Shown here in pieces: positions 58,071 to 61,608 of a stretch of DNA of 61,608 nucleotides. The translations under genes and the position numbers were made by a program. Origin of the DNA: Candidatus Omnitrophota bacterium (GTDB lineage: Bacteria > Omnitrophota > Gorgyraeia > Zapsychrales > JANLHA01); assembly GCA_031423615.1 (NCBI GenBank), contig JANPFV010000122.1:1-61608 (forward strand), in the 5' to 3' direction. A model generated the notes under the pieces. That model was given only the letters and a program-made list of their open reading frames with translations. It did not search any database and had not been told where the DNA came from. The first letter of the stretch is position 1. Every line of letters starts with the position of its first letter.

Positions 58071-60569
58071 ATGGAAACATCTTCGCCGCAAGAAAAAATT
58101 GTTCCCGTTTTTATCGAAGAGGAAATGAAGCGTTCCTATCTGGCGTACTCAATGAGTGTTATTGTGGGCCGGGCCCTGCCGGATGCCCGCGACGGCCTTA
58201 AACCTGTTCATCGCCGTATTTTATTTGCGATGAAAGAACTCAATCTTGAATATCCCAAATCCTACAAAAAGAGTGCCCGTATCGTCGGGGAAGTTTTGGG
58301 TAAATATCACCCGCACGGAGACACCGCCGTTTATGACACCATGGTCCGCATGGTTCAGGAATTTTCTTTGCGCTATCCTTTGGTTGACGGGCAAGGAAAT
58401 TTTGGTTCCATTGACGGTGATGCGGCGGCGGCCATGCGTTATACGGAAGCTCGCTTGTCGGCGATTGCCGATCCGCTTTTGGCCGACATCGACAAGAATA
58501 CGGTCGATTTTGTTCCGAACTTCGATGCGAGTTTGCAGGAGCCCTCTCTTTTACCCGCAGCGTTTCCCAATCTTCTGGTCAATGGTTCCAGCGGAATTGC
58601 CGTTGGTATGGCGACGAATATGCCGCCCCACAATTTAGGTGAGGTTATTGACGGCGCTGTCTATTTGCTGGATAACAGCGAAGCCACGATTAAGGAACTC
58701 GGTAAGTTTATTAAAGGGCCGGATTTTCCGACGGGCGCGATCATTTGCGGCCGCGACGGTTTCAAAGATGCGTATGAAACGGGTCGGGGAAAAGTTTTGA
58801 TCCGGGCCCGAGCTTCTATCGAGCGTCAGCCCAAAGGAAACAAAGATTTCATTATCATTACCGAACTTCCTTATCAGGTGAACAAGGCGAATCTGATTAC
58901 CCATATTGCCGATCTTGTGCAAAACAAGTCGGTCGACGGCATTACGGATATCCGCGATGAGTCGGACAAAGACGGGATCCGGGTCGTTATTGAATTGCGG
59001 CGCGATGTGCAGCCCGACATTATTCTCAATTATCTTTATAAGCATACTCAACTGGAAACAACATTTGGAATCATCAATCTCGCTTTGGTCAACAACAGCC
59101 CGCGGGTTTTGAATCTTCGGCAGTTGCTGGCGGAATTTCTCGACCATCGCAGAATTGTCATTCGTCGCAGAACGCAATTCGAATTAGACCGCGCTCTTCG
59201 CCGCGCTCATATTTTGGAAGGGCTGCGTATCGCCATTGATGCCATCGACGAGGTTATTAAAACCATCCGCGCATCCAAGAGCTCGGTTGAAGCCAAGCTC
59301 AGCTTGATGAAGAAATTCAAATTAACGGAAATTCAAGCGCAGGCAATTTTGGAAATGCAGTTGCAGCGCTTGACAGGTTTGGAGCGCGACAAAATTGAAG
59401 AAGAATACCAGTCTTTGTTAAAAGACATTGATCGTTATCGCGCTATTTTAGGCAGTCCCAAAATGGTGGACCAGATCATCAAGGATGAATTGGCGGAGAT
59501 CAGGAAAAAATATAATAATGAACGCCGCACGGAAATTGCCGCCAAGCCCGAGGACATTGAAATCGAAGACTTGATTGCCGAAGAGGAAATGGCGATTACC
59601 ATCAGCAATACCGGTTATATCAAACGGCTTGCGGTCAGTGCTTATCGCAAACAAAAACGCGGCGGTAAAGGTGTGACCGCGATGACGACCAAAGACGAGG
59701 ATTTTGTCAAAATGCTTTTTGTAGCTTCGTCTAAGGATTATCTATTGATTTTTTCTAATCAGGGTGTTGTGCGATGGCTAAAGGTGTATGAAATCCCCGT
59801 CGCGGCCCGCGGCGCCAAAGGGAAGGCCATTATTAATCTTCTGTCCTTTAAGCCTGAGGAACAAATCAGTGCGATCGTCAGTGTTAAAGAATTTTCTGAA
59901 GATCAAAGTTTGGTCATGGCGACCGCGCAAGGCAATGTTAAGAAAACCAAGCTTTCGGCTTTCAGCAATCCACGCAAAGGCGGTATCGTCGGAATTACCC
60001 TCGACAAGGGCGATGAATTGATCGGAACGTCATTGAGCAATGGAAAATTTGATGTGCTTTTGGCCACTCAGCAGGGGAAGTCTCTGCGGTTTTCTGAAAA
60101 GCAGATCCGTGATCTGGGCCGAGGGGCGCGCGGGGTGCGCGGAATCAGTCTTTCCAAGGACGACCGGGTTGTGAGCATGCGGGTTTTTCCACCGGATGTA
60201 GGAAAAACCGGCAGTACGCTTTTGACAGTTACGTCTCTAGGATTTACCAAACGTTCTGATTTTGATGAGTATCGCACGCAGTCACGGGGCGGTAAAGGAA
60301 TTATCAATGTCAAGTGTACGCCAAAAAACGGCCATGTCGTCGGGGTTTTAACGGCATTACTCGAAGATGAAATTATGGCCGTGACCAAGCAAGGCATGGT
60401 TGTGCGTTGTCCGACCAAAGATATCCGTCAGTCCGGCCGCAGCACGCAGGGCGTAAAACTTATTTCTCTCGACAAAGGCGATGAGGTCAGTTCCGTGGCC
60501 AATGTCGTGGCCAAAGATGAAGAGGGAGCCGGGGAAGAAGGAGAAGAGAGTGTTCGTCCTCAGTCGTAA
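58071..60569 (+). CDS. gyrA: DNA gyrase subunit A
   Basis: HPHGD, AAMRYTE, GyrA-box QKRGGKG, C-terminal pinwheel repeats. Confidence 0.98.
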   Translation: METSSPQEKIVPVFIEEEMKRSYLAYSMSVIVGRALPDARDGLKPVHRRILFAMKELNLEYPKSYKKSARIVGEVLGKYHPHGDTAVYDTMVRMVQEFSLRYPLVDGQGNFGSIDGDAAAAMRYTEARLSAIADPLLADIDKNTVDFVPNFDASLQEPSLLPAAFPNLLVNGSSGIAVGMATNMPPHNLGEVIDGAVYLLDNSEATIKELGKFIKGPDFPTGAIICGRDGFKDAYETGRGKVLIRARASIERQPKGNKDFIIITELPYQVNKANLITHIADLVQNKSVDGITDIRDESDKDGIRVVIELRRDVQPDIILNYLYKHTQLETTFGIINLALVNNSPRVLNLRQLLAEFLDHRRIVIRRRTQFELDRALRRAHILEGLRIAIDAIDEVIKTIRASKSSVEAKLSLMKKFKLTEIQAQAILEMQLQRLTGLERDKIEEEYQSLLKDIDRYRAILGSPKMVDQIIKDELAEIRKKYNNERRTEIAAKPEDIEIEDLIAEEEMAITISNTGYIKRLAVSAYRKQKRGGKGVTAMTTKDEDFVKMLFVASSKDYLLIFSNQGVVRWLKVYEIPVAARGAKGKAIINLLSFKPEEQISAIVSVKEFSEDQSLVMATAQGNVKKTKLSAFSNPRKGGIVGITLDKGDELIGTSLSNGKFDVLLATQQGKSLRFSEKQIRDLGRGARGVRGISLSKDDRVVSMRVFPPDVGKTGSTLLTVTSLGFTKRSDFDEYRTQSRGGKGIINVKCTPKNGHVVGVLTALLEDEIMAVTKQGMVVRCPTKDIRQSGRSTQGVKLISLDKGDEVSSVANVVAKDEEGAGEEGEESVRPQS

Positions 60570-60576
60570 TTTTCTC

Positions 60577-60604
60577 TTGACCGAAAAGCGATCTTTCATA
60601 TAAT
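60577..60604 (+). promoter_or_regulatory. sigma70 promoter of tRNA-Glu
   Basis: TTGACC-16-TATAAT. Confidence 0.7.
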
Positions 60605-60632
60605 AGCTTCTTCTCATCCAACCGATTTATTC

Positions 60633-60709
60633 GACCCCATCGTCTAGCCTGGTCAGGACACAAGCTTTTCAAGCTTGCAGCGCGGGTTCAAATCCCGCTG
60701 GGGTCGCCA
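60633..60709 (+). tRNA. tRNA-Glu(TTC)
   Basis: GACCCCA...CAAGC TT TTC AA GCTTG...GGTTCAAATCC...TGGGGTCGCCA. Confidence 0.95.
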
Positions 60710-60741
60710 TATTTTTCTGTAACGGAATCATGATCGAGATA

Positions 60742-60780
60742 CAAAAAGCCGCGATAGCCAATGGCCGTCGCGGCTTTTTG
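60742..60780. terminator. Bidirectional rho-independent terminator
   Basis: CAAAAAGCCGCGA...TCGCGGCTTTTTG. Confidence 0.8.
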
Positions 60781-60802
60781 CATGACTTAACGTGTCAAAA
60801 GG

Positions 60803-61386
60803 TTGTGCGATTATTCTCTGTCGATTTTAAGCAATTTGTCCCACACCTTCAGTCCTTCGTACAAATCCTGTAAAGAGTTTCGGGAACGGGATTTAAGTGA
60901 ATTCAAAGCGTTTGCGATATTGATTGATACTGTCCAGCGGGGAAGCGCAGCCTTTGCGGTGGCGTTGGGAATCGATACCAAAGGAAGAAAGAAAACGCTA
61001 GTGTTAGGGGAAGGCGCAACCGAAAACCACGATGTGGCCAAAAGCCTTCTGTCGGATTTAGAGAGTCGCGGGTTGAATTTGCACAAGGACATTCTTTTCA
61101 TCACCGACGGAGGCGGCGGAATTATCCGATCCTTAAAAGAGCTATTCGGGAAAGATTTACTTCACCAGCGCTTGCTACAAGAGGCCCAGGAAGAAGTTCA
61201 CACTCTTCATCGGCTCAATGTCCCTGAACTTTTAGGAAAGGCACTGCATTCTACAAATGCGATAGAGTCTATGTTCCCGACATGCAAAGCAGGGAATTGC
61301 TGAAACAGAATTGGCGGGTGTGTGGTGCGCATAAGCCGCCGCTGCTCGAAGAAATTTCAACTAAGAATTAAAAACTGGACAATTCC
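60803..61386 (+). mobile_element. IS256-family transposase remnant
   Basis: ILID, VALGID..GRK, GATEN, FITDG, HQR joined directly to STNAIES (internal deletion); IS256-like terminal sequence ...TTCAAC...GGACAATTCC. Confidence 0.8.
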
Positions 61387-61524
61387 GTAAAGAAGCGTTA
61401 GACTCTACTACACTCGTTATCATTTCTGTTTTGAGCAGTGTCGTCTTACCGCGGATGACCAGGATGTATCCTACCCCCAATTACCCCCTCAGTAAGAATA
61501 ATTTAAAATTTGAGAGGATAATCT

Positions 61525-61608
61525 ATGAAAAATATCCGTTCGGGGAAGGGAAGTATTCTGTCGGTTGCTTTTATTATTACATTAATGATTTTTATTTCAA
61601 CGTCTGTC
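61525..61608 (+). CDS. Start of a secreted protein (runs off the window)
   Basis: GAGG RBS; MKNIRSGKGSILSVAFIITLMIFISTSV... signal-peptide-like. Confidence 0.5.
   Translation, partial: MKNIRSGKGSILSVAFIITLMIFISTSV

Overview
Bacterial chromosomal segment spanning the replication origin. Genes run almost entirely on the minus strand up to rpmH (~52.25 kb) and on the plus strand from dnaA onward. Gene content and style tentatively suggest Ca. Omnitrophota or a similar diderm lineage; this is an inference. Left part: a Cys/His-rich outer-membrane transporter with a Cys-containing upstream ORF, an Rrf2-sbp-cysTWA-cysK sulfur operon, DUF47/PiT phosphate genes, a glycosyltransferase/radical-SAM envelope cluster, arsC, a stand-alone GHKL ATPase, and SRPBCC/PspC genes. 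At 23.8-28.9 kb, directly 3' of tRNA-Gln(CTG), lies an array of small integrase-less gene units: an AAA/DUF4143 ATPase, a secreted protein, an MNT-HEPN pair plus a hidden ORF, and a decayed MNT-HEPN copy. They are separated by four short repeats resembling the tRNA 3' end / attP-like junctions. This is the most intriguing feature. The remainder is housekeeping: gltX, PilZ, ymdB, rny, 5-FCL, rarA, 6S RNA, ndh, pheST, infC-rpmI-rplT, thrS, tRNAs, coaC, rpoZ, gmk, yicC, ndk, parAB/parS, Jag_N, yidC/yidD, rpmH (no rnpA at its usual place), oriC, dnaA-dnaN-dciA-gyrB-gyrA, tRNA-Glu and an IS256 remnant. All calls come from reading the sequence by eye; no database searches were run.
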